The notes beneath the pieces were generated by a model. It had not been told where the DNA came from, ran no database searches, and saw nothing but the letters and a program-made list of their open reading frames with translations. From an uncultured Verrucomicrobiae bacterium (GTDB lineage: Bacteria > Verrucomicrobiota > Verrucomicrobiia > Chthoniobacterales > JAATET01): a stretch of DNA of 64,000 bases. Positions 28,976 through 38,135 of this stretch are shown piece after piece. Position 1 is the stretch's first letter, and every line of letters starts with the position of its first letter. The position numbers and the translations under genes were made by a program. The stretch is from positions 352,001 to 416,000 of the forward strand of contig CAVRCI010000002.1 in NCBI GenBank assembly GCA_963719495.1, given 5' to 3'.

Positions 28976-31390
28976 ATGAAAATGATGACCGACACTTACG
29001 CGGAAGCCGTGAACGAAGCTTGCCGGAGGGTGCCGCCCTTGTGGCCATTGCAGAACTTCGTGGCGGTGAATCCCTTCCTTGGGTTGTCCGGGCGGGATTT
29101 CTCGGATGCGATCGCGACCGTGGAGCGGGTCGTCCACGAGCCGATGCATCTCGGGGTGGAATTTTACCGCGAGCAGTGGGAGCGGGGGCGGATCAACGCC
29201 GACGACATGGCGCTGGCTTTCGAGCGGCTCGGGCGGGACGAGGACATCGCGACCGCTCTTCAGGAAGCGGTCGTGGGCGCGGAGGATGGTGCGGTTTTTT
29301 CCGTGTGCGATCTGGCCGACGCGCGGACCGAGAGCGGCTTCCGGCGGCTGGCCGTGGCCGAGATCTCGAAGTGGTGCGCGGCATTTTACGACGAAGGCCA
29401 GGCGGCGTGGCGGCTGCCCTGGGCGGACGAAAGTTTCTTCGTTTCGTGGAAGGCCATGGCGGCGGTGGACCGGAGTCCGGAGATTCAGGGGTTGCCCGGA
29501 TTCCGGACTTTGGTCGCCTCTTTGCCGGACGATCCGGCGGAGGTGATCGGATTGGCGCTCGAAGAATTGAAGGTGCCCGGGGCCGGGGCGGAGTTGTATC
29601 TGCACCGGGTGCTGATGAGCGTGCCGGGATGGTGCGGTTACGTGCAATACCGGGTGCGGGAGAATGGGATGGCGGGCCGGGAGGACGATTCGCTCCGGCA
29701 ACTGCTGGCCGTGCGGATGGTCTTCGAACTGGCCGTCTGGCGGGCCGAGGCGGACGAGGAATTCCGCGAAGTGTGGGCGGAGCGGTGTGAGCGGCTGACC
29801 GACCCGAACGGCGTGTCGACTCTGTCGGTGTGGCAGGAGGCGTTCGAAGTGGGATTTCAGCGAGGTCTGGTCGCCCGGATTGCGAGCGCGCCCGCGGTGG
29901 CGGCGAAGGAAAAGACGGTGTCCGTGCAGGCGGTGTTCTGCATCGACGTTCGGTCGGAGGTATTCCGGCGGTCGTTGGAATCGGTTGCCGACGACGTCGA
30001 AACGCTCGGTTTCGCGGGCTTCTTCGGGTTTCCGATCGAGCGGATTGGTCCGGACGACGAGAAGGCGACGCCCTTGTGCCCGGTCCTGCTCAGTCCGGCG
30101 GTCAGGGTGCGGGAATCGATCGGCGGCGTGCCGGCGGACGAAGCGGAGCGGATTCTGTCGAAGCGGCGGACGCAGAAACGAGCCGGTCGGGCGTGGAAGG
30201 GCTTCAAGCTGTCGGCGGTCTCGAGTTTCTCCTTCGTGGAAGCCTGCGGGCTGGGGTTCGGCGGGAAATTACTCGCGGATGGCTTTGGCTGGCAGCGGGA
30301 GAGCCCGCGGCCGGAGCGGACCGATCTGTGCGCCGAGGCGGATCTGGAGGCGCGGGTTGCGATGGCGGCCGGGGCGTTGACGAACATGGGGCTCACGTCG
30401 AACTTCGCGCCGATCGTGTTGCTGTGTGGTCACGGCAGCGAGACGGCCAACAATCCCTACGGGAGTAGCCTCGATTGCGGAGCTTGCGGAGGGAACGCCG
30501 GGCTGACGAACGCGCGGATCGCGGTGCGGACGTTGAACGATCCCGAGGTGCGGGATGGGTTGCGGGCGCGGGGGATCGACGTGCCGAGCGGGACGTGGTT
30601 TGTCGCGGGACTGCACAACACCACGACGGACGAGGTGTCGCTCGTCGAGGAGGTTGGTGAGTCGTCGGAAGTGAAAGTGGCTTTGGAAAAGTTGCGGAAT
30701 CAATTGGCCAAGGCCGGCGCGGTCGCACGGGGGCACCGGGCACCGAGTCTGGGCTTGCGGGGCGGCGGAACCCGGAAGCGGATCGAGGCGCGGAGCCGCG
30801 ATTGGGCCCAGGTCCGGCCCGAGTGGGGTCTGGCGGGTAACGCGATTTTCATCGCGGCACCGCGGGTTCGGACGGCGGGGCTCGATCTCGGTGGGCGGTC
30901 GTTTTTGCACAACTACGATTGGCGGACGGACGAGTCCGGGGCCGTGCTGGAGCTCATCATGATGGCGCCGATGGTCGTGGCGAATTGGATCAACCTCCAA
31001 TATTACGCGTCGACCGTGAACAACGTGAAGTTCGGCAGCGGGAACAAGGTCCTCCACAACGTCGTCGGAATGCTCGGTGTCGTGCAGGGGAACGGGGGCG
31101 ACCTCCAGGTCGGGCTACCCTGGCAGTCGGTGCACGATGGGCGGAAATTCGTCCACGAGCCGCTGCGGCTCAACGTAATGCTGGCGGCACCGCGGGAACG
31201 GATTGTCGACGTGCTGCGGAAGCACGCCGGGGTCGGCGAATTGGTGGCGAACCGGTGGCTGCACCTGTTCTCGTTGGAGGCCGATGGGGGGATCTGGCGG
31301 TGGGATGGACGCGGGGACTTCGGGGCGGATCGCGGGTTCGGGGAATACAATTCGAACCACGGATGGACGCGGATGGACACGGATCGGTGA
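28976..31390 (+). CDS. dabA: DUF2309 beta-carbonic-anhydrase-like subunit of DAB pump
   Basis: PPLWPLQNFVAVNPF, FCIDVRSE, GHGS, DCGACGG, HNTTTD, RPEWGLA, WINLQYY. Confidence 0.93.
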   Translation: MKMMTDTYAEAVNEACRRVPPLWPLQNFVAVNPFLGLSGRDFSDAIATVERVVHEPMHLGVEFYREQWERGRINADDMALAFERLGRDEDIATALQEAVVGAEDGAVFSVCDLADARTESGFRRLAVAEISKWCAAFYDEGQAAWRLPWADESFFVSWKAMAAVDRSPEIQGLPGFRTLVASLPDDPAEVIGLALEELKVPGAGAELYLHRVLMSVPGWCGYVQYRVRENGMAGREDDSLRQLLAVRMVFELAVWRAEADEEFREVWAERCERLTDPNGVSTLSVWQEAFEVGFQRGLVARIASAPAVAAKEKTVSVQAVFCIDVRSEVFRRSLESVADDVETLGFAGFFGFPIERIGPDDEKATPLCPVLLSPAVRVRESIGGVPADEAERILSKRRTQKRAGRAWKGFKLSAVSSFSFVEACGLGFGGKLLADGFGWQRESPRPERTDLCAEADLEARVAMAAGALTNMGLTSNFAPIVLLCGHGSETANNPYGSSLDCGACGGNAGLTNARIAVRTLNDPEVRDGLRARGIDVPSGTWFVAGLHNTTTDEVSLVEEVGESSEVKVALEKLRNQLAKAGAVARGHRAPSLGLRGGGTRKRIEARSRDWAQVRPEWGLAGNAIFIAAPRVRTAGLDLGGRSFLHNYDWRTDESGAVLELIMMAPMVVANWINLQYYASTVNNVKFGSGNKVLHNVVGMLGVVQGNGGDLQVGLPWQSVHDGRKFVHEPLRLNVMLAAPRERIVDVLRKHAGVGELVANRWLHLFSLEADGGIWRWDGRGDFGADRGFGEYNSNHGWTRMDTDR

Positions 31391-31431
31391 GGTGGATCTC
31401 ACCCCGTCTTGGGGAGGCTGGGTGCGGAGAT

Positions 31432-31458
31432 CACGGCTCGGCGGGAGCCTCGCCCTCC
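31432..31458 (-). repeat. GGAGGGCGAGGCTCC-type REP-like element (copy ~53607-53633)
   Basis: CACGGCTCGGC(G/A)GGAGCCTCGCCCTCC occurs twice, near-identical. Confidence 0.75.
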
Positions 31459-31484
31459 GGGGGGGGAGGGGTGGCGTCGTGGGC

Positions 31485-32039
31485 CTACATCGCGTTTTTG
31501 CGCATGAGTTTGTCGACTTCGGACGCGATGGATTGGCGGTCTTCGGCGATCATGCGGTCGATGAAGAGGATGCCTTCGAGGTGGTCGTGCTCGTGCTGGA
31601 TGGCTCGGGCGAGGAGGCCGGTGGCTTCGAATTCGAGGGCTTCATTTTCGAGAGTTTTCGCGGTGACCTTGACCTCGAGCGGGCGGGGGATTTGGCCCTG
31701 TAATCCTGGGAAGCTGAGGCAGCCTTCGGAGTCCGGGGCGGTGTCGCCTAGTTTTTCGACCTGGGGGTTGATGAGGATCATGGGCATGTAGTCGTCGACT
31801 TCGACTTCGGTGCCGTTGACGGTCATGGTGCCGGCTCGTTCGCCGGCGTCGGTGACGTCGACGATGCAGAGTCGGAGCGAGAGCCCGACTTGCTGAGCGG
31901 CGAGGCCGACGCCGTCGGCGTCGTTCATGGTGTCGATCATGTCACCGGCGAGCTTGCGGATGCGGTCGTCGATGGTGTCGATGGTCTTACCCTTGGAGCG
32001 GAGGGCGGGGTGGCCGTATTGGACGATGGGCAGGATCAT
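31485..32039 (-). CDS. def: Peptide deformylase
   Basis: GVGLAAQQ, EGCLS, QHEHDHL. Confidence 0.97.
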   Translation of the reverse strand: MILPIVQYGHPALRSKGKTIDTIDDRIRKLAGDMIDTMNDADGVGLAAQQVGLSLRLCIVDVTDAGERAGTMTVNGTEVEVDDYMPMILINPQVEKLGDTAPDSEGCLSFPGLQGQIPRPLEVKVTAKTLENEALEFEATGLLARAIQHEHDHLEGILFIDRMIAEDRQSIASEVDKLMRKNAM

Positions 32040-32082
32040 GGCTCGTTTAAATTAGAAATTTGAAATGGTGAATTTGAAATGG

Positions 32083-32514
32083 CTAGGGCTTCGCCGGGGT
32101 TGGGGGGAGGGGGTTGGTGAAGGCGGGGAGGTTCTTGATGCCGGCTTCTTTGAGGGCGTCGAGGACTTGGACGATGACGCCGAAGGGGGCCTCGGTGTCG
32201 GCTTGCATGGCGACTGGGCGGTCGGGGGTGGCTTCGCGGGCGGCTTTGAGGGCTTCGCCCAGGGCTTCGAGGGTGACGGGTTCGTCGTCGAGGGTGAGTT
32301 CTTCGGCGGATTTGACGCGGAGGACGAGGGGTTCGGTTTTTGCCTCGGCGGCGGGGGCGGCGGTTTTCGAGTCGGGGAGTTTGATCTCGAGCTGCGGCTG
32401 CGTTTTTTTGAACGTCGTGGTGACGATGAAAAAGATGAGGAGAATCGCGAGGATGTCGATGAGCGAGACGATGATGACCGCCGGGCTGCGCCGCTTGCGG
32501 GTGTAGAATCTCAT
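32083..32514 (-). CDS. exbD: ExbD/TolR family protein
   Basis: SLIDILAILLIFFIVTT TM with Asp; AD...FGVIVQVLDALKEAG. Confidence 0.88.
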   Translation of the reverse strand: MRFYTRKRRSPAVIIVSLIDILAILLIFFIVTTTFKKTQPQLEIKLPDSKTAAPAAEAKTEPLVLRVKSAEELTLDDEPVTLEALGEALKAAREATPDRPVAMQADTEAPFGVIVQVLDALKEAGIKNLPAFTNPLPPTPAKP

Positions 32515-33185
32515 ACGTCGTCGGGCGAGAAGTCCTCGTGAATGGAGGGTTGCTCGCCGGGATTCGGATAGCACTTGACGAGGAGCTCGGCGACGACGGA
32601 TTCCATCTCGACGGACATGACCTCGATTTTGCGCATGAAGTAGTTGTAGGCGATGAGGCTGGGGGCGGAGACGGCGAGCCCGACGATGGTGGTGTTGAGC
32701 GCTTCGGAGATGCCGCGGGCGATGACGATCGGGTCGCCGTCGCCAACGTTGGCGAAGATTCCGACCAGGCCGGAGAGGGTGCCGAGGAGGCCGAAGATGG
32801 GGGCGACGCCGGTGGTGATCTCGAGGATGACGAGCCCGCTCTCGAGGCGGGCGGTCTCGTGGCGGGCCTGGGTCGAGGTGGCTTCGGCGTTTTCGCTTTT
32901 CTGCCAGGAGAGGTGGCGGAGGAGGGTGAGGAGGATTCGGGAGAGGGGGGACCGGTGTTTCGTCATGAGCCGACTTAGGTCGGTGAGCTCGTCGCCGGGC
33001 TGGAGGCGTTCCACCTCGATCTCGAGGACGCGGGGCATGACGACGTGCTCGCGCAGGGCCATGGTGCGCTGGACGATCACGGTGAGCGCCACGATGGAGA
33101 GGATGAGCAGGAACACCATGAAGATGCCGCCCTGAAGAAAAAAGCCGCCGATGCTGGTCAATGCGGATGCGAGGAAGAAGGCCAT
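32511..33185 (-). CDS. exbB: MotA/TolQ/ExbB proton channel protein
   Basis: APIFGLLGTLSGL, GISEALNTTIVGL. Confidence 0.88.
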   Translation of the reverse strand: MAFFLASALTSIGGFFLQGGIFMVFLLILSIVALTVIVQRTMALREHVVMPRVLEIEVERLQPGDELTDLSRLMTKHRSPLSRILLTLLRHLSWQKSENAEATSTQARHETARLESGLVILEITTGVAPIFGLLGTLSGLVGIFANVGDGDPIVIARGISEALNTTIVGLAVSAPSLIAYNYFMRKIEVMSVEMESVVAELLVKCYPNPGEQPSIHEDFSPDDV

Positions 33186-33363
33186 GTGGGGCGGAAGGTA
33201 GCGGGTGATCCGACGTTTGTGAACAGCGGAGCGGGGGAATGCTCTCGTTTGAGCTCCGCGATCAATCGGGGTTTTTGGACAGGATTGACGGGATTCTCAG
33301 GGCTATTCAGTTCGGAATACCCGGAGGCGGAGCCGTTGATTCTCTCGTTTCAATCCTCTGAAG

Positions 33364-33567
33364 CCAGCCGAGTTCGGCGACGGATTGCCAGAGGCGGGCG
33401 TCGGTGGGGACCTCGGGGATGATGTTGAAGAAGTTCGCCATGCCGTCGCGGGCGGCGGGGGACTTGATTCCTCGGAGGACTTCGGCTCGGATGATTCCGC
33501 TATTGTGGAGGACTGCTTCGCGGAGGGGCTGCGCGAGGAGTTGGCGGACGTCGATGCCTCGGCGGAG
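33364..33567 (-). pseudogene. PIN-domain (VapC-like) toxin fragment
   Basis: Manual translation LRRGIDVRQLL...NSGIIRAEVLRGIKSPAARDGMANFFNIIPEVPTDARLWQSVAELGW; no start codon, terminal catalytic Asp motifs absent. Confidence 0.65.
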
Positions 33568-33591
33568 ATTGTGGCTGGAGCTGCGGGAGCG

Positions 33592-33846
33592 TCAGTAGGT
33601 GAAAAGGTCCGCTTTAGTGAAGGTCTTGCCGGTTGCTTGGTTGAGCGCGGTGAGGACTAGTTTTTGACTGTGGGGGGTCAGGCGGCGGCCTTTGGTGGCT
33701 CTTGTGATGAGCTTGTGGGTGAGGTGCGTCGGGTTGGTGGCCACCAAGTCGTGCGGCTTGAGGCTGTGGTCGGCGAGGAGCTGGGCGAGGGGTTGTTCGC
33801 CCAAGTCTCTTTGGACAGGATCGACGGGATTTTCAGGATTATTCAT
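33592..33846 (-). CDS. Small hypothetical HTH-like protein
   Basis: RDLGEQPL...LTHKLITRATKGRRLT...DLFTY; first ~12 codons come from a repeat element. Confidence 0.7.
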   Translation of the reverse strand: MNNPENPVDPVQRDLGEQPLAQLLADHSLKPHDLVATNPTHLTHKLITRATKGRRLTPHSQKLVLTALNQATGKTFTKADLFTY

Positions 33847-33916
33847 TGCCGGGTCTCGGCGGCCAAGCCGCCGATCATTTCATTCCAATCCGGTATATCC
33901 TGTTAATCCTGTCCAA
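33811..33916. mobile_element. MITE-like ~106-bp element with ~19-bp imperfect terminal inverted repeats
   Basis: TTGGACAGGATCGACGGGA ... TCCTGTTAATCCTGTCCAA; related left ends at ~9928 and ~33275. Confidence 0.55.
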
Positions 33917-33920
33917 GACC

Positions 33921-36410
33921 TCACGCTGCCTTGGCTGGCGCCTTTTTCTTGGCGGCGGGGGCTTTCTTTTTTCGTTCTTCGAATTCGAAGCCGACTTTGC
34001 CTTCTTCCAGTTTGAGAAACGCGCTAAAGGGGCGGCCCTTCTTACTGATGAATCTTGGGAGGAGATCGGTCTTGCCGGTCTCGATGAGTTTTTTGGCCTG
34101 ATCGACGAGGATTTCGCGCTGGAGGATCGTTTTGCCCATGCGGAAGGTGCACTTTTTTTCCGGCGTGTTCGTGCACATGTAGGCGTTGGGGGTGTCGTGG
34201 ACGGTGCCCGCTTTGCAGACGGGGCAGGGGCCAAGGACGGGGGCCGTGCTGAAGTCGACTTGCTCGATCTTGTCGTCGCCGAAGTCGAAGGTCTGCTTTT
34301 TGTCGTCGTCGAGTTTGACGACGGCTGCGAAGGGGCGGCCCATTTTGCTGCGGAAGTTCTCGAGCGGGCCGACCTGGCCTTTTTCGAGGAGAGTGACGAT
34401 TTCTTCGCGCTCGAGTTCGCGGCCGGCCATCGTTTTCCAGATGAGTTGGCCGCATTCGTCGGCTTTGCACTCGTAGGCTTTGAACGACTCTTTGAAGCCG
34501 GGGGATTCGCCGCACTTAGGGCACTTGGCTTCGAGGTCGTGGAAATTGCCGACGACGTCGCCGGCTTCGCCGCTGTAGTCCTTGGCTTTGCCGACGATTT
34601 CTTCGGTGAAGCGGCGGATTTCGGCCATGAAGGACGCGCGATCCATCTTGCCGGTCTCCATTTCCTTGAGCTTGTGCTCCCAGTCGCCGGTCATTTCGGG
34701 CGAGGTGAGGCTTTCGACTCCGATGCCTTTGAGCAGCGTGATGAGGCTGAGACCCTTGGCGGTCGTGATGATGTCGCGGCCCTGGCGGATGAGGTAGCCG
34801 TCGTAGATGAGGCCTTCGATGATCTGGGCGCGGGTGGCCGGGGTGCCGAGGCCGCGTTGGGACATGGCGGCGCGGAGTTCCTCGTCGTCGACGAGCTTGC
34901 CGGCTCCTTCCATCGCGGAGAGAAGGGTGGCTTCGTTGTAGCGGGCGGGGGGGCGGGTTTCGTTGCGTTTGACCTCGATGGCCTCGGTCTTGGCCTTCTC
35001 GTCTTTCGCGATGGCGACGACGGTCTCGTCGTCGGAGCCGGCGGCGGCTTTGCCGTAAACCGCGAGCCAACCCGGGTCGGTGATGATCTTGCCGTCGGTG
35101 CGGAAGGCCTCTTTTTCGACTCGGGTGACGCGGGTCGTGATTTCGAATTTTGCCGAGGGGTAGAAAACGGCGATGAAGCGGCGGGCGACCATGTCGAAGA
35201 CCTTGAGCTCCATGTCGTCGAGGGTCTTGGGGGCCGCGCCGGTCGGGATGATGGCGTGGTGATCGGAAACTTTTGTCGTGTTGAACACGCGCTTGTTGCC
35301 GCCGGTGACCCAGCCTTCTTTCAGGGCTTTTTTCGCGTGGGCGGAGAGGTCCTGATTCTGGAACTTGCCGAAGTTCTCCTTCACGTTCGCGACGTAGTCG
35401 TCGGGGAGGTAGCGGGAATCGGTTCGCGGGTAGGTGAGGACTTTGTGGCGCTCGTAGAGGGCCTGGGCGATCTGGAGGGTGCGCTTGGCGGGGAGTCCGA
35501 AGCGACCGTTGGCTTCGCGCTGGAGCGTAGTGAGGTCGTAGAGGAGGGGCGGGGCCTGGGTGGTGGGCTTCTTTTCCTCGGTGATCTCGCCGGGTTGGCC
35601 TTCGCACTTGGCTTTGAGGGCGTTGGCCTCGTCTTCGGTCCAGATGCGCTCGGCTTTGAGCTGGTCGTCGGTTTCGCTCTTCTTGAATTTTTCGTTGAAC
35701 CAGCGCCCGCGGTATTGACCGGCGGAGACGCCGAAGTCGCCGAAGACTTCGAAGTAGGGTTTGGGGACGAAGGCGCGGATCTTTTCTTCGCGCTCGGCGA
35801 GGATGGCGAGGGTGGGGGTTTGGACACGACCGACGGGGGTGAGTTGGAAGCCGCCGCCTTTGCTGTTGAAGGCGGTCATGGCGCGGGTGCCGTTGATGCC
35901 GACGAGCCAATCGGACTCGGAGCGGCAGACGGCGGCGTCGGCGAGGGGGGTCATTTCGACGCCATCGCGGAGATTTTCGAAGCCTTTGCGGATGGCTTCG
36001 GAGGTCATGGACTGGAGCCAGAGGCGGGAGGTGGACTTCTTGGAGCCGGTGAGCTCCATGATGTAGTGGAAGATGAGTTCGCCCTCGCGGCCGGCGTCGC
36101 AGGCGTTGATGACGTCGTCGATGTCCTTGCGGTTGAGGAGCTTCTTGAGGAGTTTGTAGCGGGTCTCGTTTTTCTCGATGGGCTTGAGGTCGAAGTGCTC
36201 GGGGATGATGGGGAGGTTGGCGAAGGACCACTTGCCGCGCTTTTTGTCCATCTCGCCGGGGAGGCACAGTTCGACGAGGTGACCGACCGCGGAGGTGACG
36301 ACGTAATCGTCGTTCTCGTAGAAGTCTTTCTGCTTGGTGAATTTCCCGAGGGCGCGGCTGAGGTCACCGGCGACGCTGGGTTTCTCTGCGATGACTAAGG
36401 TTTTTCCCAT
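33921..36410 (-). CDS. topB: DNA topoisomerase III (type IA) with C-terminal repeats
   Basis: IAEKPSVA, NACDAGREGELIF, VGRVQTPTL, TYPRTDS, GLGTPATRA. Confidence 0.93.
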   Translation of the reverse strand: MGKTLVIAEKPSVAGDLSRALGKFTKQKDFYENDDYVVTSAVGHLVELCLPGEMDKKRGKWSFANLPIIPEHFDLKPIEKNETRYKLLKKLLNRKDIDDVINACDAGREGELIFHYIMELTGSKKSTSRLWLQSMTSEAIRKGFENLRDGVEMTPLADAAVCRSESDWLVGINGTRAMTAFNSKGGGFQLTPVGRVQTPTLAILAEREEKIRAFVPKPYFEVFGDFGVSAGQYRGRWFNEKFKKSETDDQLKAERIWTEDEANALKAKCEGQPGEITEEKKPTTQAPPLLYDLTTLQREANGRFGLPAKRTLQIAQALYERHKVLTYPRTDSRYLPDDYVANVKENFGKFQNQDLSAHAKKALKEGWVTGGNKRVFNTTKVSDHHAIIPTGAAPKTLDDMELKVFDMVARRFIAVFYPSAKFEITTRVTRVEKEAFRTDGKIITDPGWLAVYGKAAAGSDDETVVAIAKDEKAKTEAIEVKRNETRPPARYNEATLLSAMEGAGKLVDDEELRAAMSQRGLGTPATRAQIIEGLIYDGYLIRQGRDIITTAKGLSLITLLKGIGVESLTSPEMTGDWEHKLKEMETGKMDRASFMAEIRRFTEEIVGKAKDYSGEAGDVVGNFHDLEAKCPKCGESPGFKESFKAYECKADECGQLIWKTMAGRELEREEIVTLLEKGQVGPLENFRSKMGRPFAAVVKLDDDKKQTFDFGDDKIEQVDFSTAPVLGPCPVCKAGTVHDTPNAYMCTNTPEKKCTFRMGKTILQREILVDQAKKLIETGKTDLLPRFISKKGRPFSAFLKLEEGKVGFEFEERKKKAPAAKKKAPAKAA

Positions 36411-36454
36411 GATTTTTTGGTCCGCAGATTGAGCAGATTAACGCAGATTTTGAT

Positions 36455-37552
36455 TTAGTTGATTCGGACGAATCGGCTGCCGGGAAGCTGTTTGACGAGC
36501 CGCCTCATTTCAAGGGCGAGCAAGCTAGAAGACACTTTGGGCATTGGCAACCCGCTTCTCGAAGCGATGAGGTCGATGTGGGTCTCGTCGTCGCCGATGG
36601 CGGTGTGAACCGCCAAGTGGTCGGGCGAGAGCTGGGCGGGGGGCGCGACCGACGCGTGGAGGTCGGGGGTTTCCCGGAAGAGGAGGCCGAAGTCGTCGAG
36701 GATGTCCTGGGCGCAGGTGACGAGCTTGGCTCCGGATTGGATGAGCTTGTTGGAGCCGAAGCAGGCGGGTTCGGTGATGCGGCCGGGGATGGCGTAGATG
36801 GAGCGGCCCTGCTCGGCGGCCTGGGTGGCGGTGATGAGGGAGCCGCTGCGCTGGCCGGCTTCGACGACGAGGAGGCCGAAGCTGAGGCCCGCGACGATGC
36901 GGTTGCGCATGGGGAAAGTCTGTTTGTCGGCGGTGGTGGTCATCGGGAACTCGCTGATGACGGCTCCGTGGCCGGCGGCGATGCGCTCGGCGAGCGGGGC
37001 GTGCTCGGCGGGATAGAGCTTGGCGAGGCCGGAGCCGATGACGGCGAGGGTGCGGCCTTTCGCGGCGAGGGCGCCCTGGTGGGCGGTGGCGTCGACGCCG
37101 CGGGCGAGGCCGGAAACGACGGTGAGGCCGGCGTAGGCGAGCTGGTAGGCGAGCTTTTTGGCGCACTCGGTGGCGTAGTGGCCGGGCTTGCGGGCGCCGA
37201 CGATGCCGATGGCGTGGTTGTCGGCGGGGGTGATCTCGCCCCAGACGTAGAGGACGGTGGGGGCGTCGTGGATCTCGCGGAGGGCGGCGGGGTAGGCGGC
37301 ATCGGCTTGGGTGAGGACGTGGCAGCCGAAGTCGGCGATGCGGCGAAGTTCGGCTTCGAAATCGGTGAGGCGCTCCCAATTCGTGATGTTGCCGGCGATT
37401 TCGGGGCCGATTCCGGGGATGGCGCGGAGGTCGGCGGGGCGGGCGGTGAGGATGGCGGCGGGGCCGCCGAAGTGCTCGGTGAGGCGCTTGACGCGGACGG
37501 GGCCGAGTTTGGGGATGAGGTTGAGGGCGATGGCGGCTTCGCGGGGGTTCAA
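36455..37552 (-). CDS. dprA: DNA processing protein DprA
   Basis: IVGAR, VSGLARGVD, FPMRNRIVAGLS, VVEAGQRSGSLITA; TTG start at 37552. Confidence 0.95.
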   Translation of the reverse strand: MNPREAAIALNLIPKLGPVRVKRLTEHFGGPAAILTARPADLRAIPGIGPEIAGNITNWERLTDFEAELRRIADFGCHVLTQADAAYPAALREIHDAPTVLYVWGEITPADNHAIGIVGARKPGHYATECAKKLAYQLAYAGLTVVSGLARGVDATAHQGALAAKGRTLAVIGSGLAKLYPAEHAPLAERIAAGHGAVISEFPMTTTADKQTFPMRNRIVAGLSFGLLVVEAGQRSGSLITATQAAEQGRSIYAIPGRITEPACFGSNKLIQSGAKLVTCAQDILDDFGLLFRETPDLHASVAPPAQLSPDHLAVHTAIGDDETHIDLIASRSGLPMPKVSSSLLALEMRRLVKQLPGSRFVRIN

Positions 37553-37658
37553 ATTACGTGATTGGTGAGGGGTGAATGGAGAATGGTGGGGTCGCGGCGC
37601 GGCGCGGCTTTGTTTTTCGAAAGATTGATTTGGTGGCGAATACGGGTAATCTGTCCGC

Positions 37659-38129
37659 ATGAATTGGCAACAGGTTTGCGAGGATCCTTCGCTGCGGAAC
37701 CTGCCTTATAAGATTGAGACGAACTGGTATGGCCAGATTGTGATGGCTCCGGCGTCGAATCTGCGTGGGCACGTTCGCAGCCGAATCTTGGCTCTGCTTT
37801 CTCAGCAATCTTTGGGAGGAGAACTTCTTTGCGGGTGCTCGATTCAGACGGATTTGGGCGTAAGGGTTGCCGACGTGGCTTGGATGTCGCGGGAGTTTTT
37901 TAGCGAATGGGAGTTCACGACTCCTTACCCGATCGCTCCTGAAATTTGTGCTGATTTTCACTCTCCCTCGAGTTCGGAGGGCGAGTTGAACGAACGAAGG
38001 CGGCTTTATTTCGAGCAAGGCGCTCGGGAAGTTTGGATCTGCGACTCGCTTGGGAAGATGGACTTTTTCGGTCTGGACGGGTTGATGAAAGGCTCAGGGA
38101 TCGCTCCGGATTTTCCCGGGAACGTTTAG
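37659..38129 (+). CDS. Uma2 (DUF820) family endonuclease-like protein
   Basis: YKIETN..GQIVMAPA, VADVAW, APEIC, YFEQGAREVW; visibly lower GC. Confidence 0.85.
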   Translation: MNWQQVCEDPSLRNLPYKIETNWYGQIVMAPASNLRGHVRSRILALLSQQSLGGELLCGCSIQTDLGVRVADVAWMSREFFSEWEFTTPYPIAPEICADFHSPSSSEGELNERRRLYFEQGAREVWICDSLGKMDFFGLDGLMKGSGIAPDFPGNV

Positions 38130-38135
38130 TCGCCA

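Noticed and set aside
33921..38129. dprA-topB-Uma2 as a defence system
   Set aside because: dprA next to a type IA topoisomerase is a common housekeeping arrangement, and Uma2 genes are scattered widely.
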